Shown piece by piece: positions 1 through 17,104 of a stretch of 64,000 nucleotides of DNA. Numbering within the stretch: position 1 is the stretch's first letter; every line of letters begins with the position of its first letter. The stretch lies in the NCBI RefSeq assembly GCF_009914755.1, contig NC_060927.1, one strand, 5' to 3'. This DNA comes from the human T2T-CHM13v2.0 reference genome, Homo sapiens. The notes under the pieces are model-generated. The model had not been told where the DNA came from, did not search any database, and saw nothing but the letters and a program-made list of their open reading frames with translations. A program made the position numbers and the translations under genes.

Positions 1-290
1 TTCATACAGTGTTGATGGACATGTCAAATGACACAGCCGTTAAAAAAATAGTTTGGTAGTTCCTCATAAAGTTTAAACATATATTTACCACGTTTATATT
101 TGGCCCAGCCATCCCACTTCTAAGGTGTTTGTATAAGAGAAATGAAGATATATGCCTACATACAAAGTTGTAACATGAATGTTTGTACCAGTTTTATTCA
201 TGCTTACCCCAAGCTGGAAGTAACCCAAAGGTCCATCAAATGTGAATGGGTAGACACACTGTGGTTCACCAGTATGATGGAGTACTAGTT
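1..290 (+). mobile_element. Old L1 (L1M-type) 3' ORF2-region fragment
   Basis: cccagccatcccacttcta...agagaaatgaa...ctggaagtaacccaaaggtccatcaa resembles the degenerate L1 3' consensus; boundaries approximate. Confidence 0.75.
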
Positions 291-1436
291 CATGTCTGCT
301 GAGTTATGCATCCTAGGAGAAACCCAGCTGTGAGCGGGACAGTCTTTAGTGTCCTTAGTAGAGTTTTTCCACGCTGGCCAACATGTTAGAAGCTGCTCTT
401 TCCATTGGAACCTGCACAGCAAGAGTAATAATAAAATACACCTTACTTGATCCAGGTTTTGGTAAAGAGTTGGCACAACTCTTTCTCTGCTCACTTCCTG
501 GGTTACAGATTTTCTTTTTGCCTAGCAACACAGCTGAGTCAGCCAGGGCTGCAGCTTGGGTAGCCTGGAGATTCCTCTTGACTCAGGCCCCCAGAGGAAG
601 TACCCCATTGTCGTTAGTGAGGCAGCACAGCCTGGAGAGGACTGACTTTACCAATTGGCTGACCTTTCCACGGGATCTGGGTCACTGAGCTGCAGCTCAT
701 GGCACACTTTACCAAAGCATCCCCTTGTGGCAGGGAAGGTTTTCTAGAAGGAGACAGGCTAAGGGAGAGAATATTTTCTCTAATCACAATCAGGAACTGA
801 AGGTAGGTGGAGGACATGCTACTTGTCTGTTTGGCTGAGCTCATTTTATTTTTATGAAAACACGATTCAATATTGGCTCTTCTCCTAAAGGTATATTTTG
901 AGCATCACTAGTTAGAAAGGGCACCTGATGACTCAGTATGAAGATTCATGTCCTACTCAGCTTTGACAACTCTGCCAGGCTCTGGAGGAACCTCAGAGAT
1001 TTAAGAAAGGATTGAAAAGGTTCCCTTTAAAAAAAAAAAAACTAGCTTTGTAGCACTTTGCTGCCTGGTAAATTCTGTATGGTGATTGAGATGCTGCAAG
1101 AGATGTGTATAATAAGCGAAGTGGCTCTCTGCACTGATTGCATGAGCAGATCCACGTCCCATATGGTGGATATAGGAACTGCATATGTGTGCAAGTGTAG
1201 TTTTGCATCTGCACGTGAATCTATGAATATCTAGATTTTCTAACCCACTTAAGGGCTGCATATGACAGATTCTGGAGTTATCTATAAGCCATAAGGAAGG
1301 ACTGATAGCATGATCAAGTCAAGATTATACTTTTAAAAGTCGCATTTTAAGACCAACATAATTTTTATGATGAAGTCTGTTAATTTCTGTGCCATTTGTG
1401 CTCATCTTTCTTTCCTGCACTCCCACCCCAATCTAG

Positions 1437-1730
<294 letters not shown>

Positions 1731-2575
1731 TAGAGATTTCTGTGGCTGTCCAACTGCCATTTGGTCTTATCTGATCGCTGCATGATGAAGTATCGCAACA
1801 TTTCTAGTGAGGACAAACTTGGTAGAACCATCCAGACACAGCAACTACCAGAGCGAGGGTGCCATCTGTGCCGCGTGGTGAAGCACCTTGGAGCCACTTA
1901 ATGCCAAGCATCTAATTGTCCTAACCCTGAGCCAACCTAGGACCAAGAATTCTTGAAGCTGGAAGGGACCTCGTAATCCCTGCTCCCTGCCCTCATCGGG
2001 GAAGCTTCATTTTCCCCTATAGTACTTCTGGCAAATGGTTTTGGTTCCCCTGCTTTGAATGCTCCAGCACTGGGGTGTGGGACACTCATCCCTAGAGACA
2101 GCCCATTCTGGGTTTGACAGTTTTGAGCCTTTGAAAAGTCCTTCCTTTCATCCAGTCAAACCCGTTTCCCTCTACCTCTCCAGCCTGCTTGGTGATATTT
2201 TCAGCTGTTAGAAATGACATTGATAGGTGACTGCTTCTGATATCGTCATGCCATAAATGAATTCAGACAGATCTTTTCTGTGTGATTGAATGAAAAAATA
2301 TGTATAACCTGATGGTGTCAACGCAGAATCGTAGGCTTTTAGGGCTGGAAGGCGTCAGAGATTATGTGATGAGCTGCCCCTTCCCATTTTGTCATCAGTG
2401 ACACTGAGACCTGGAGAAATCAAGTAACTTCTCCAGAGTCACACACATAGCTAGTAGCAGAAGCAGGACCAGAACCTGGTGGACAGACTGTCCACGCGAA
2501 GGCCACGTTTCTGTCCTGAGTGAGGTAGTGAAGAGAGAGACAAGGTATTGGCGTATTTCCTGTGGGGCCTGATAG

Positions 2576-2881
<306 letters not shown>

Positions 2882-2986
2882 TAAGGAAATGTGGGTCCCA
2901 CTGCAAATGTTTTATGAACATGAGGCGGCAACCAGTCACATCCCCGGGCAGGTGATGTTCTGCTCTGTCCTGCATGGGTGTTCTGA

Positions 2987-3412
<426 letters not shown>

Positions 3413-4299
3413 TGATGTAATTTTTTTAAAGACTTCTAGCTACATTACAAAATAATAAACCAAAAAAACCGTTTTTCACACTCAAGCTCTTCCAAGAAAA
3501 CTTTTTGATTGATTTTATGAGGTTTCTTTGAAATAGACTCTAAAATTCTTTTCTCTTTGGTACTTTTTGATGGCAGGCCAGTTCATAATCCTAGTTATAA
3601 TAGATTTACACAAGAAGTGAATTCTCATGCCTCCATGCTTTGGTGTGTAGTTGGAGGAATCAGAGTGGTAGGAACTGTGGCAGCCATTGGTCCCTTCTGT
3701 CCTCCTCCTGGGATGCAGTGAGGACACAAAGATTCTGAGGGTGCCTGTCCTGTGGGGCCTCTGCAGGCAGTAGCTGAGAAGGGAGCGGTGGTTGCAGAGA
3801 GGCACCGATGGCTCTGCTGCTCAGAGCAGCAGCACATGCTCCCCTGACTCTACGCTGAGGTGCTCAAAACCCTCCTCCTTGGACAGGGTCTGATGGAGAA
3901 GTTTAAAAGACCCACCTGTCCTCATTGCTTTTCCTGTGTGATGTGAGCTGCAGAGCCCTGCCAGAGAGGAAAGGCAGCAGACAGCTGGGTCCTGTGGTGG
4001 CCCTTTCCATGCCCAGCTCTCTGCTGTGGATGAGTCACTTACCCATTTCTGAAGAAATCCAGAGACCAAAGGGAATGATCTGGACAATTCTCTCCCACTT
4101 GGTCATTTTCAGGTATATATAATCTGCTGTAAGCCATAGTATTTTTGTTTGAATTATACTTAAATTTTGGCTGCTGATCAGTGATTCTTTTTTAAAAAAA
4201 AATTTCTTTCAGAGAAACTGGTGTCTTTTTTTTTTTTTTTGGTAATGCATGCATATGGCACAAAATTCTAATGTTACAAATGAATAATAATTCTCCCAG

Positions 4300-5000
4300 C
4301 CAGCCACAAATTTCCTCTTCTAGGAAGCAACCACCATTAAACAGTTTCTTGTGAATTCTTAGATCTGCATTTTCTGATAGCTACAACTCAGTTAAGCTAC
4401 CTATAGGAGACTTTCCACAGACAGGAGCTCACTGTACGTGCTGTTTTGCATCTTGCTTTTATCACTTTGAGTGTCCTCAAGAGCCTTCCTGCTTGGTCCA
4501 TAAAAGGCTGCCCCTCCTTTGAAACGCTGCGTCCATGCGGTGGTAGATGTGCCGTTGTTCATATGACCAGTCCCTTGCTGACAAGCATTGAGTTCTGTCT
4601 GGTCTTAGCCCACATACACAGGGCTCCAGTAGGTGACCCTGAACACGCATCAGAGGGCACATGTGTTGGCTGTAGATCTGTGGGATAAACTCCCAGAGAT
4701 GGAATTGCTGCTTTAGAGGGTGTGTCCATTTTAAATGTTGACACACGTGCCCAAGTGCTCTCCTTATGGTTGTATTAGCTCATTGTCTTCACACTGCCCA
4801 TTGCCTCACTGCCTCTCCCCTCAGTGGAGAGCATGCTTTGGGATGCCCATCAGTTAGGTGAAAATGGCATTTCATTGTACTTTTAAAAGATACTGTTCTT
4901 ATCAGGAGTGAGGTTGAACGTCTTTTCCTATGACTCAGAGCCATCAGTAGTGCCTTTTCTGTGAATTACTTTATCTTTTCAAATCATTTGCCCATTTTTG
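4300..5000 (-). mobile_element. Ancient L1 (L1ME-like) fragment
   Basis: ggataaactcccagagatggaattgctg...gaggttgaacgtcttttc...tttgcccatttt is typical antisense old-L1 sequence; edges approximate. Confidence 0.6.
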
Positions 5001-5478
5001 TTTGGTTGTGATCCATAACAGTTTAAATTTTAAAAATATCTAGTTCAGATTGAAGATAAAGGAGCTCTGTCTGTCGTCGGAAGATAGCATTTTTTTCATT
5101 ACTGTTCTTATTCATCTGATTCTATTTCATCATGGATTGAATTATCAAGTATGATCAGTAGAGAAGATTAAATTTCAGGTCATTGGTGATATCTACTCTT
5201 GAGGTAGTTTTGTAAATTTACATGAGACATTTAGAATTTCCTGCTTCTGTAATTTCATAGGTATAATTATCCATTTCCACAGTTGATGGACTATGTGGAA
5301 TGCTATGCAGCAGTTAAAAGAATGAGATGCACCTTCTGACACAGAGGGTCTCCAGAGTATGTTGTTGAATGAAAAAACAAGCCAGTTGCAGAAAACTTTG
5401 CATAGCATGATATCCTTTATGTCTGAAAACTCAGAGAAGACACCTAGTGCTTGTTTTCTTTGTGTGTAAACGTGTTTA

Positions 5479-6021
<543 letters not shown>

Positions 6022-6067
6022 CTAGGCAGCCACCGAGGGGCTCTAAGAGAGCGGCTGCAATTTGTGA

Positions 6068-6334
<267 letters not shown>

Positions 6335-7331
6335 TAAATGCCTTTACCTTATTAGCTCAATATCTGCTTTTCTTCCATGCTGCTGGGGGACAGCGTCCTG
6401 TAAGCAGAATTCCAGAGAGGCTTTGAGGGATGCGCTCTGGCTAAGAGAAGCAAGCCCAGGGAAGGAGCGTGAGACAGCACACATACTGGTCCCAGAGGTC
6501 ACTCAGTTTGGCATCATGTCTCCTGTACAGGTCCCGAGGGATGGCTGAGCGCAAGGCCAGGTGGTTCTTTATGTTATCATTATTGGGAGCTTAGGCGTCC
6601 ATCTGTGACTTCCTAAGACCCTTCGTGACTGATGAGAGCCATCTTTGTGGACTGATCTGTGCTCCCCTGGGCTAATTTCACTTTGCTGATCTGTCCATCT
6701 TTGCGGATCAAGTGTCCATTGGCTAGCTGCTAAATCATGCTGCATAACTTCTCTCTGCCTTACTTTACCCCTTTTCCCTGTCGAGAGGCACCCTCTAATC
6801 CTAGACTTCTGGAATTGGCCCTTAGATCTGTATTTACCTCATTCAGACCCTTCCTGATCCTATAGCCTTTGGTTCTCGGTGTTTTATCTCCAGGTCCTCC
6901 ATGCCTAGCACCAGACCTGGTACACAGAGGCCTTTAATGAATGTTTGATGCATGAACGACGTACACACTCATGATACTACATCTGGGTTTTCACCCTTCC
7001 ATTTTAAAAGGTCCTAATCTGGATTCTGCTTCTAAGGTGGCCCAGATCTCTGTAGGTGTTTTCTTCTTTATCTTGTCTGGCTCACTGATAAATTTTCTTC
7101 AGTGTGGTAACCTCAGTGCAAACCTGCCCCCTTTTCTACAAGGACAATGCTTTGTGCTATAAGGTATTTTATAAAAACCCCATCTCAACACATATACATC
7201 CTTGTAGTCCCTTGACTCGGCTCTAAGGCCCCCTCCACAAGAGCCACCCCTGCCCTGTCTCCCACCCAGAGAAGGTTCTTCTACCTCTGAGCTCCCCCTC
7301 AGATTTTATCCACGTCTCTTACTGCCTGTAG

Positions 7332-7727
<396 letters not shown>

Positions 7728-9467
7728 TCAGGAATCTTTTTGTATTCACATCTCTCAATAGAGTACAGGATCTTGCACATAGTTGGCCCTTGGTAAATGA
7801 AAGGTCATTATTTTCTTTTTCTGCTGTCCTATGGTTGACTCTTTAGGCCACAGCAACATCCTGGACTTGAATCTGCAGAGAAGTATTCCCTGGTGCTTGT
7901 CTGTGGTTGCATGTTGTTTTCTTTATAGCACATGCCACTGTATCAGAGGTGCTTAGGGAGCTGCTTATGCTCTGTCTTCCCCAACTAGAGTAGACATTCC
8001 AGTGTGTGGTGTTTCTTCCTGTGCCCTCAGCACCCACAACAGTGCCTGACACATTGGAGGTACTTGGTAGATCTTTCTGGATGAATTCCAGAGCATGCCA
8101 CTCTTTAGGAGGGTCTGAGTAATGCCTCTCAATACAGATGATGGATTTTGCTCTGGAAAGTTGTTACAAGCTTGTAAGATCTTCCTGTGGCTCATCACTC
8201 TGGATTTGCTTTCCACTACCCAAAGGAGTTGAGTGTCATGGCAAGACTAGAGAGATTATTGTTTCTTCACTGAGATCATGGAGGGAATACTCAGTACAGC
8301 TAGTCTCATCACTAGCCCCTGTCCGAGTTACCATTACCCCAGGCCTAGCAGAGGAATGCTCATGTTACCAAGCCATCTCCAGCCCAGGACTAATTGCTTC
8401 CTGAGGCTCATTGCAGCTCCAGTTAAAAAATAGGCCAGCATGTCAAAGGCTTTTTGAGTCTTAATGTAATTCACTTACGTTTCTCTCCTCTTTAAAACCT
8501 TGAATAGATTAGTCAGGCGTGCTATTCCCTCACAGAGATTTCATCATCTGTTCCTTGTTAGGTTATGTTGGTTTACGTGTTCAGCAACCCATCCAAGACA
8601 ACAAATTGCACAGGGCGTATGGGACAGTGCTATGCTGCTCCTGTCTCGGGGTCTCTGGGCTCCTGCAGTTTTGCCTGCAGATGGCCGGGCATCAGGCAGA
8701 GAGAAGCATTTGTCACAGAAGGGGGCCTTCTCACTTATTGCCCTCTCATCCCTGTGCTTCTCAAAAACATGCTTCACTGCTAGTGGGTAAGAAACAGGCA
8801 TCTTCTGATTTAGGAGTCTTGTTCAGAATACTTGTTAAAAACAAAAACATTCAAGAAAGCCATGTATACAACATTAGAGTAAGAGTGAAAAAATATGATA
8901 ATTTGTTCAGTCACCTAACCTTTTATTGTGTTTTTTAACTGGAACTGCAATGAGCCTCGGGAAGCAATTTGTCCTGGGCTGGAGAGGGCAAAAATCAAGT
9001 TCAGGTACAGTGATCAAAGATCGAGCTGCAGTGAGACTATTCACAACAGTCCAGCACCAGGTGGCAGTAAGTCAGACACATTATAGTCAGTCAGTGTTTG
9101 TGGAGTGAAGGAATGAATGAGTTATCTGTAGACTCTGAAGGTTATTTCAAAGGAGAAAGTCTCATACTGTCTTGTGCAAGGGCATCATCATTTGAATAAC
9201 TTGCAACCTTTGAAGTGGTCTGTTTTGGAAAGCACTCCCCTGAATATATATGTTGTAGTTGTAGTATGTGTTTAAAAAAAAAACCCAAACTACTTTTTAA
9301 TTATACCATGTTTATGTTATAGATTGTTTTATAAAATGTATAACATAGCTATAGATACGTAGATGTTTGGACACACACACACACAGAGAAAGGTTGAAAT
9401 TAGTGGGTTTTCATGGGTTTTAGTGAATCTTAATTTTACTTCTGTAGACTGTCCTTTTACAGGTTTT

Positions 9468-9503
9468 TACTTTTGTTTTGTTTTGTTTTGTTTTGTTTTG
9501 TTT
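9468..9503. repeat. (TTTTG)n simple repeat
   Basis: ttttgttttgttttg... read directly. Confidence 0.9.
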
Positions 9504-9623
9504 GAAAAGCAGGGCTCTGGTACTCTAGTTTTGCTGTGTGAGTATAACACTTGGGACGGTCACTTACTACCAGCTTCCCGGGATGCAGAGGTGTGTGGCG
9601 TTGCCATTGTTGGCCGCACGTAG

Positions 9624-9782
<159 letters not shown>

Positions 9783-10224
9783 TAACCCTATTTTCCCCTG
9801 ACGTGTTTGTCCAGGGGCTGTGTTGGGAGCCCTGCAACAGTTGCAGCCTGCCAGGCTTACCCCCGCATCACGGCAGCTGCAGCCCCCGGGTTGCTGCTTT
9901 GTGGATCATGGTTGACCATGCACTGCAGACCAAAACGGATGGAATCTTGGGCAGAAGCCAGGCTCTTGGCTGTCATCCCTCGGGGCTGAGAGTGGGAGTC
10001 ACGTGTCCCCATGCTTAAAGAATCACTGCAGTTAATTTTGGTGTCATAAAATAAATGATGCATTCAATGCTGATTAGCTCTCAGATGAGAATTTTAATAA
10101 GATGGTCTGTGTAATGAATCCATCGCATTGAGATTACCAGGAAGCTCTGAGTTTGGGTTGTGCTAGGCTCTTGTGGTTAGTGTTGTTTCTAATTAAATTC
10201 TGTCCTTCATTGGAGCATTATTGA

Positions 10225-10488
<264 letters not shown>

Positions 10489-11240
10489 TGAAGAATATGG
10501 CACACCATATAGACCCTGGCTTCCCAGGGGGGATTCTGGTTGAATTTAGGCAGTTAGTTGTGTTTACTGATATTTCACCAGAAAACCAATATGATAAAGA
10601 ATTGACTAGTTTGACCACTTATGTTTTCTTTATTGGAATTGTGCAATCAGCCCTGACCCGTGGTCAGGATCACGTTAGCATCTTCTGAGTGGGTATGAAA
10701 ATCGCGGATTTTTAATAGATGTCTGTTTCCAGAGGTAATCCCAGGATCAGGTGGCCTCAGGGCTATACTGTAAAACTGAATCCCATTTATGACAGCCCTG
10801 GTTGTTTTGTTCTTTCTCTGTTCATCGAGTTGATAAATGCTTACTGAGTGGCTATCATGTGTCAGACACTGAGGATTCAGGAATGAAGAAGACAGGTCCC
10901 TGCCTTCATGGGGCTCACAGTCTGGCAGGAAGACAGGAGTATGAGATGCATTATCACATGGTATGAGTGAATGTGCTGGCACAGGGCAAGGACAGAGCCC
11001 TGAATGGTGCTGGCTAACCACGACTGGGTCAGGGTTCAGCCTTCTTCTCACCTGCCCTCAGGCCTTCTGTCTGAAGCAGAATCACCATCTGGGGACATCT
11101 GCCTGTCCCTGCACACTCAAATACAGATGCAGCTTTGGGGAGGAATCCATGCCCTATGCTGGACCACCAGGGTGACTTTTCCTCTCTGAAGTGATTTTAA
11201 GTCAGTCTCCCCTCCTCCCAAGACGTCTTTGTCATCCTAG

Positions 11241-11498
<258 letters not shown>

Positions 11499-11999
11499 TG
11501 ATGGGGAGGGAAAGTGCAGGTGGGTCAGGGCAGTCCCAGCTTCTGCTGGGAGACTGGTCCAGGAGGCCCCCCGGTGTTAGCGCTCACCTGACACTTTTAT
11601 ATTTGACTGGCACATTTATTGGCTGATGTGGGTGGGACTGTGGAGTTGGGAGCCTAGGAGCTGATTGAGACTGAAAGTCCCACACAGTTTCTCAGGCTAG
11701 TCTGAGCGAGGAGGTTACTGGGGAAACAGCCAGGTGTTGGGAGGTTGGCAGTGAGAATCTCAGCACTGCCACCTTTCATCTGTGGTCAGATCTTACGCTG
11801 GTGGGAATCTCATCATTCCCGCAAACTAAACATGCTCACCAGACGGGGACACTTCTCAGCACCCCCCACCCCTGCAACACACACTCAGTCCATGTTCTGA
11901 AGGAGCAGGAGGGTTTTGATTCATGTAAGCAGGTAGATGTTGTTAAAGTTTAAGCCAAATTTGCATGTGAAATTAAGAATAATTCAAACCCATATGTAG

Positions 12000-12188
<189 letters not shown>

Positions 12189-13137
12189 TAAATACTCCCC
12201 TTCTAGTCTCTCACGGCTGCCTCTTGCCAGTGACCCTACAGGTTGCTTGAGGGTGGCTCGGGTGGGGGTGAGGGGAAGTGGTTCACAGCCCTTTCTGAAC
12301 CTGAGTGTCCCTGGCGCCCTCACCCAAGTCCCCTCCAACCCCTCTCTCCTCCACTGTTGCTCTTGCCCTCAGCTCATCTCTTCCTAGCTGCCTCCTTCCC
12401 ACAGGGGTGTGGCCAGGTCCTGGGAGGAGCTCCATTCTAGGTTCTCCTCCCTGCCTTCACCCCTGCATGGGGACAGCAATGGGGAAAGCCTTGTCCACCC
12501 CAGCATATTCCAGCTGGAGCTCACTGCTCTGGTGTTCCATGCTTCGGCCAGCCGTGGAAATTTTTCCTAATGAGTGGATCTTCTGTTAGGATGCCTTGTG
12601 GGATGAGAATTTTTGTGACCAAGGTCCGCATAGCATCCTCATCCTCATAGATCCCCCACTTGATTGATCAGTTTTCCCAATTGAGTTTTATCTTTGTAAA
12701 GTCATATTGCACAGTGATATTTTATGGGTTGTAAGTATTCAGTTCAGCTCTATGATAGTCTACTTAAAATAGCATTTCTCATGTTAAAATGATAAGGTGC
12801 TCACAAGGAACAGGGTAATGACTCACAAGTACTATAAGAGGAAGACGTTTATTTACTAGCTAGTTTCTAGGTTTTAAATCATCTGGGACTGAGTGGAATG
12901 CCAGGGGAAATAAATGGCTCCTGGAAAGGTTTCTAGAATTGCAGAAGTAGTTCTTGGCTGTCAGAGAACAACTCTTTATAATTCATTGGCCCTAGGGAGA
13001 CACAGGTGGGAAGCAAGGCCTGCTGGCATCCTCAGAGATATGAAGATGTGATGGTAGCTTTTACAGCTCACCACTGTTTGGGTGTTCTTTAAAAAAAAAA
13101 GGTTATTAAACTGATATTGCTGACACCTACAGCCCTT

Positions 13138-13139
13138 TG

Positions 13140-13196
<57 letters not shown>

Positions 13197-13235
13197 ATAT
13201 GTATATATATATACATATACATATACATATATATA

Positions 13236-13268
<33 letters not shown>

Positions 13269-13269
13269 G
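13138..13269. repeat. Compound (TG)n/(TATG)n/(TA)n microsatellite
   Basis: Read directly; followed by TA/CA-rich low-complexity sequence at ~13520-13735. Confidence 0.95.
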
Positions 13270-14533
13270 TTGAGGGAATGCATTTATTTTCACCTAAAGC
13301 TACAAAGCACTCCTGCCCTCACTAGCTTGGAAGTTCTTTCCCAGACTCAACTGCTAACCACCTTCAGGTCCTCAGGGGGGTACGCCCAGCATTAAATAGG
13401 CCCAAAAGGGAGGACTTGAAGTGAGGGGTCGCCTTACATAAAGTTGACTCCAGTTTGAAAGTGGAAAAAATCTTTTCCAAGGAAAAGCTATCTATCTATA
13501 ATAGTCTTATAGAATACAGGAATACAGATAGGTATATATACATATACACACGTATATACTTTAGAATTTAAACATATACATACATATTTTAGATATACAT
13601 ATATACACACATATACTTTACAATTTAAATATATGTGTATACATATATTTATGTGTATGTTTTATATATATGTTTTATGTGTATACATATATGTACATAT
13701 ACATACATAAATACATACATGTGTATATGTATATGTTTAAATTCTAAAGTCAAACATTGAGGGTATGGATAACCAGTTGCTAACCAGGCGCAGGGCACAT
13801 TGAGGACAGCAGCGAGGTTCTGATGGCCCAGAGAGCCATCGTTTGAGCCCAGGTGTCAGGCATGAGCCACCCTCCATTGCTTCACGAGACCACAGGACTT
13901 GGTGAGAACTCTCATGCCGGGCCATGAGATCCTTGCATGTTAGCAAATGATGCTCCAACCTTCACTTTCTGAGGACTGCTTGTGGGTCAACTCCAAAATT
14001 TAAAAAAATAATAATAACATCTATTACAAAATCTGCAGACAGCCAGAGATGTCCTGAAGTCTCAGTTACTGCAGGTCACTATAAATAGTATGACCTTGCA
14101 CCTGCAGGACAAGCCTGGGATTCATCTCATTCTGTGTGAACTGTTGAGGGCAGGCCTGGCCTCAGTTTCCTCTCTCAGTCAGGGAAGATAAACAGATGAG
14201 TTTCTTGTCATAGTGGAAAAACTTCAGTGATGTAGACCTGGATCGATTCTGCCCCTGGTCCTTACTAGTGTCACTTTAGAATTCTCTTATTAAGCCTCAG
14301 TTTCCCCATCTTGAGGAAGACAACAAGCCCCACTTCCAAGGACTTGGCAGAGTGGTCTGTGTGGCACCCCCAGCACAGAGGTGACACACCACCCACAGTC
14401 CACAGGTTGCCTTTGGTGGGCTTCGAGAGGCTGACGGACAGGTTGCTCAGGTGTGCCGGGCAGGGTGCATGGGCAGCACAGCAGACAGCTGCCCTCTGCC
14501 TGGCCTCTTGCTGCAGTGGCCCCACACTCTTAA

Positions 14534-14785
<252 letters not shown>

Positions 14786-15277
14786 TAGAGATGGGAGCTG
14801 TGGAGGCCCTCAAGGTGACAGCTAGAGTAGGTCTTTCCTTCAGCTGGGGACGTTGGCTGTTTCCGGTTTGTAAGTGCCAGAGAGCTTGTGTTTTAGCTGG
14901 GTAAATCTGAATGGAATCATTAACTTAGAACTTCATCTTAAATACTCTGCAGGAACAGTCAGTGAATTCAGGGAGCCTGCTTCTCCGCCTCTTTGCTCCC
15001 TGCTGCTGATATTTAGGTCCTCCTTTCCCTCCCTGCTCAGGTTTACACTCACCCCTGTTTTGAGATTCATGCCTCGTGGAAGCACACAGCAGGGAGGAAG
15101 CAGAATTCAAACCAGGCACACCACATGCCCAGGCTGTCTTGTTCAGGGTTGGAGGCAAGATGCCTATGTCGTGTAGACTTAAATACACCAAGCTGCTAGG
15201 CTCCACGACTCAGGAGAAATACAAGTTAGGGAGATGATAGGATGTCAAGTTGAGGTGTTCAGTGGAGAAGAACATTA

Positions 15278-15575
15278 GGCCAGGTGCACTGGCTCACACC
15301 TGTAATTCCAGTGCTTTGGGGGATAGAGGGGGAGGATCACTGAAGGACAGGAGTTCAAGACTAGCCTGGGCAACATAATGAGACCTAATCTGTACAAAAA
15401 ATAAAAAAAATTAGCTGAGCGTGGTGTCACATACCTGCAGTCCCAGCTACTCAGGAGACTGAGGGAGGAGGATCGCTTGGGCCCAGGAGGTCAAAGCTGC
15501 AGCAAGCAATGTTTGCACCACTGCACTCCAGCCTCAGTGATACAGTGAGACCTTGTCTCAAAGAAAAAAAAAAGA
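15278..15575 (+). mobile_element. Alu (J-like, diverged)
   Basis: ggccaggtgcactggctcacacctgtaat...gagaccttgtctcaaagaaaa. Confidence 0.9.
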
Positions 15576-15828
15576 ATATATAATGAATGTTAAAAAATTT
15601 CTTCTCTGGGAAGATTTATTATAAAATATGTGATTATGTTATATATTTCACAAGTATCTCCAAAGAAAGTGCTGACCTTGGCCCCAGATAGCCAATATTA
15701 AGTTTGAGTAACTTCATGAAGCAGAGTGCACCAGGCAGAGCCACTTGGACCCTTAAGCATGTTAACTTAGCGGTTTACAATATTACTTTTCATTGGTAGA
15801 ATTAGGAATATACAAAGAGTTATTAATT

Positions 15829-16128
15829 GGCTGGGCGTGGTGGCTTATACGTATAATCCCAGCATTTTGGGAGGCCAAGACAGTAGAATCGCTTGAGCCC
15901 AGGAGTTCAAGACTAGTCTAGGCAACATAGTGAGACCCCATCTATATAAAAATTTAAAAATTAGCCACACGTATTGGCACATGCCTGTCCCAGCTACTTG
16001 GGAGGCTGAGGTGGGAGGATTGCCTGAGCACAGGAGGCTGAGCCTGAAGTCAGCTGTGTTCACACCACTGTATTCCAGCCTGGGTGACAGAGCAAGACCC
16101 TGTCTCTAAAAAAAAAAAAAAAACAAAA
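15829..16128 (+). mobile_element. Alu (J-like)
   Basis: ggctgggcgtggtggcttat...gcaagaccctgtctctaaaaaa. Confidence 0.9.
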
Positions 16129-16164
16129 AGAACTCTAGATTTTGGTGTGGCAGAGGTGGCTATC

Positions 16165-16738
16165 CAGTTAGCCCTCTGTATCCATGGGTTTGGCATCCAT
16201 GGATTCAACCAACCACAGATAGAAAATGTTTGGGGGTGGCCAGGCGTGGTGGCTCACCTGTAATCCCAGCACTTTGGGAGGCCGAAGTGGGTGGATCGCT
16301 TGAGGTCAGGAGTTTGAGACCAGCCTGGCCAACATGGTGGAACCCCGTCTCTACTAAAAATACCAAAAATTAGCCAGGTGTGGTGGTGCACGCCTGTAGT
16401 CCCGACTACTCGGGAGGCTGAGGTATGAGCAGTGAGCTGAGATCGCACCACTGCACTCCAGCCTGGGCAACAGAGTAAGTGAGACTCTGTCTCAAAAAGA
16501 AAAAATATTTTGGGGGAAAAAATGTACTGAATTTGTGCAGATTTTTTTCTTGTCATTTCCTAAATAATTTACATGGCATTTACTTGACCTTGGGTATCTT
16601 GGGAAATCTAGAGATGATCTAAAGTCTACAGGAGGATGTGCATAGATTATATGCAAACACTACACCATTTTATATCAGAGACTTGAGATTTTGGGGTCTG
16701 AGAGAGTCCTGCAACCAATCCCTTATGGATACTGACTG
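16165..16738 (-). mobile_element. MER2-like (TcMar-Tigger) DNA transposon interrupted by an Alu
   Basis: Ends cagttagccctctgtatccatggg...ggattcaaccaacc and ccaatcccttatggatactgactg(ta) resemble the MER2 termini. Confidence 0.75.
16238..16505 (+). mobile_element. Alu (S-like) with a right-arm internal deletion, nested in MER2
   Basis: ggccaggcgtggtggctcacc...gggaggctgaggtatgagcagtgagctgag lacks the gagaatcgcttgaacc segment. Confidence 0.9.
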
Positions 16739-16743
16739 TACTA

Positions 16744-17104
<361 letters not shown>

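Noticed and set aside
12976-13395. Overlapping ORFs rich in YI/HT/CV
   Set aside because: Produced by the (TG)/(TA) microsatellite
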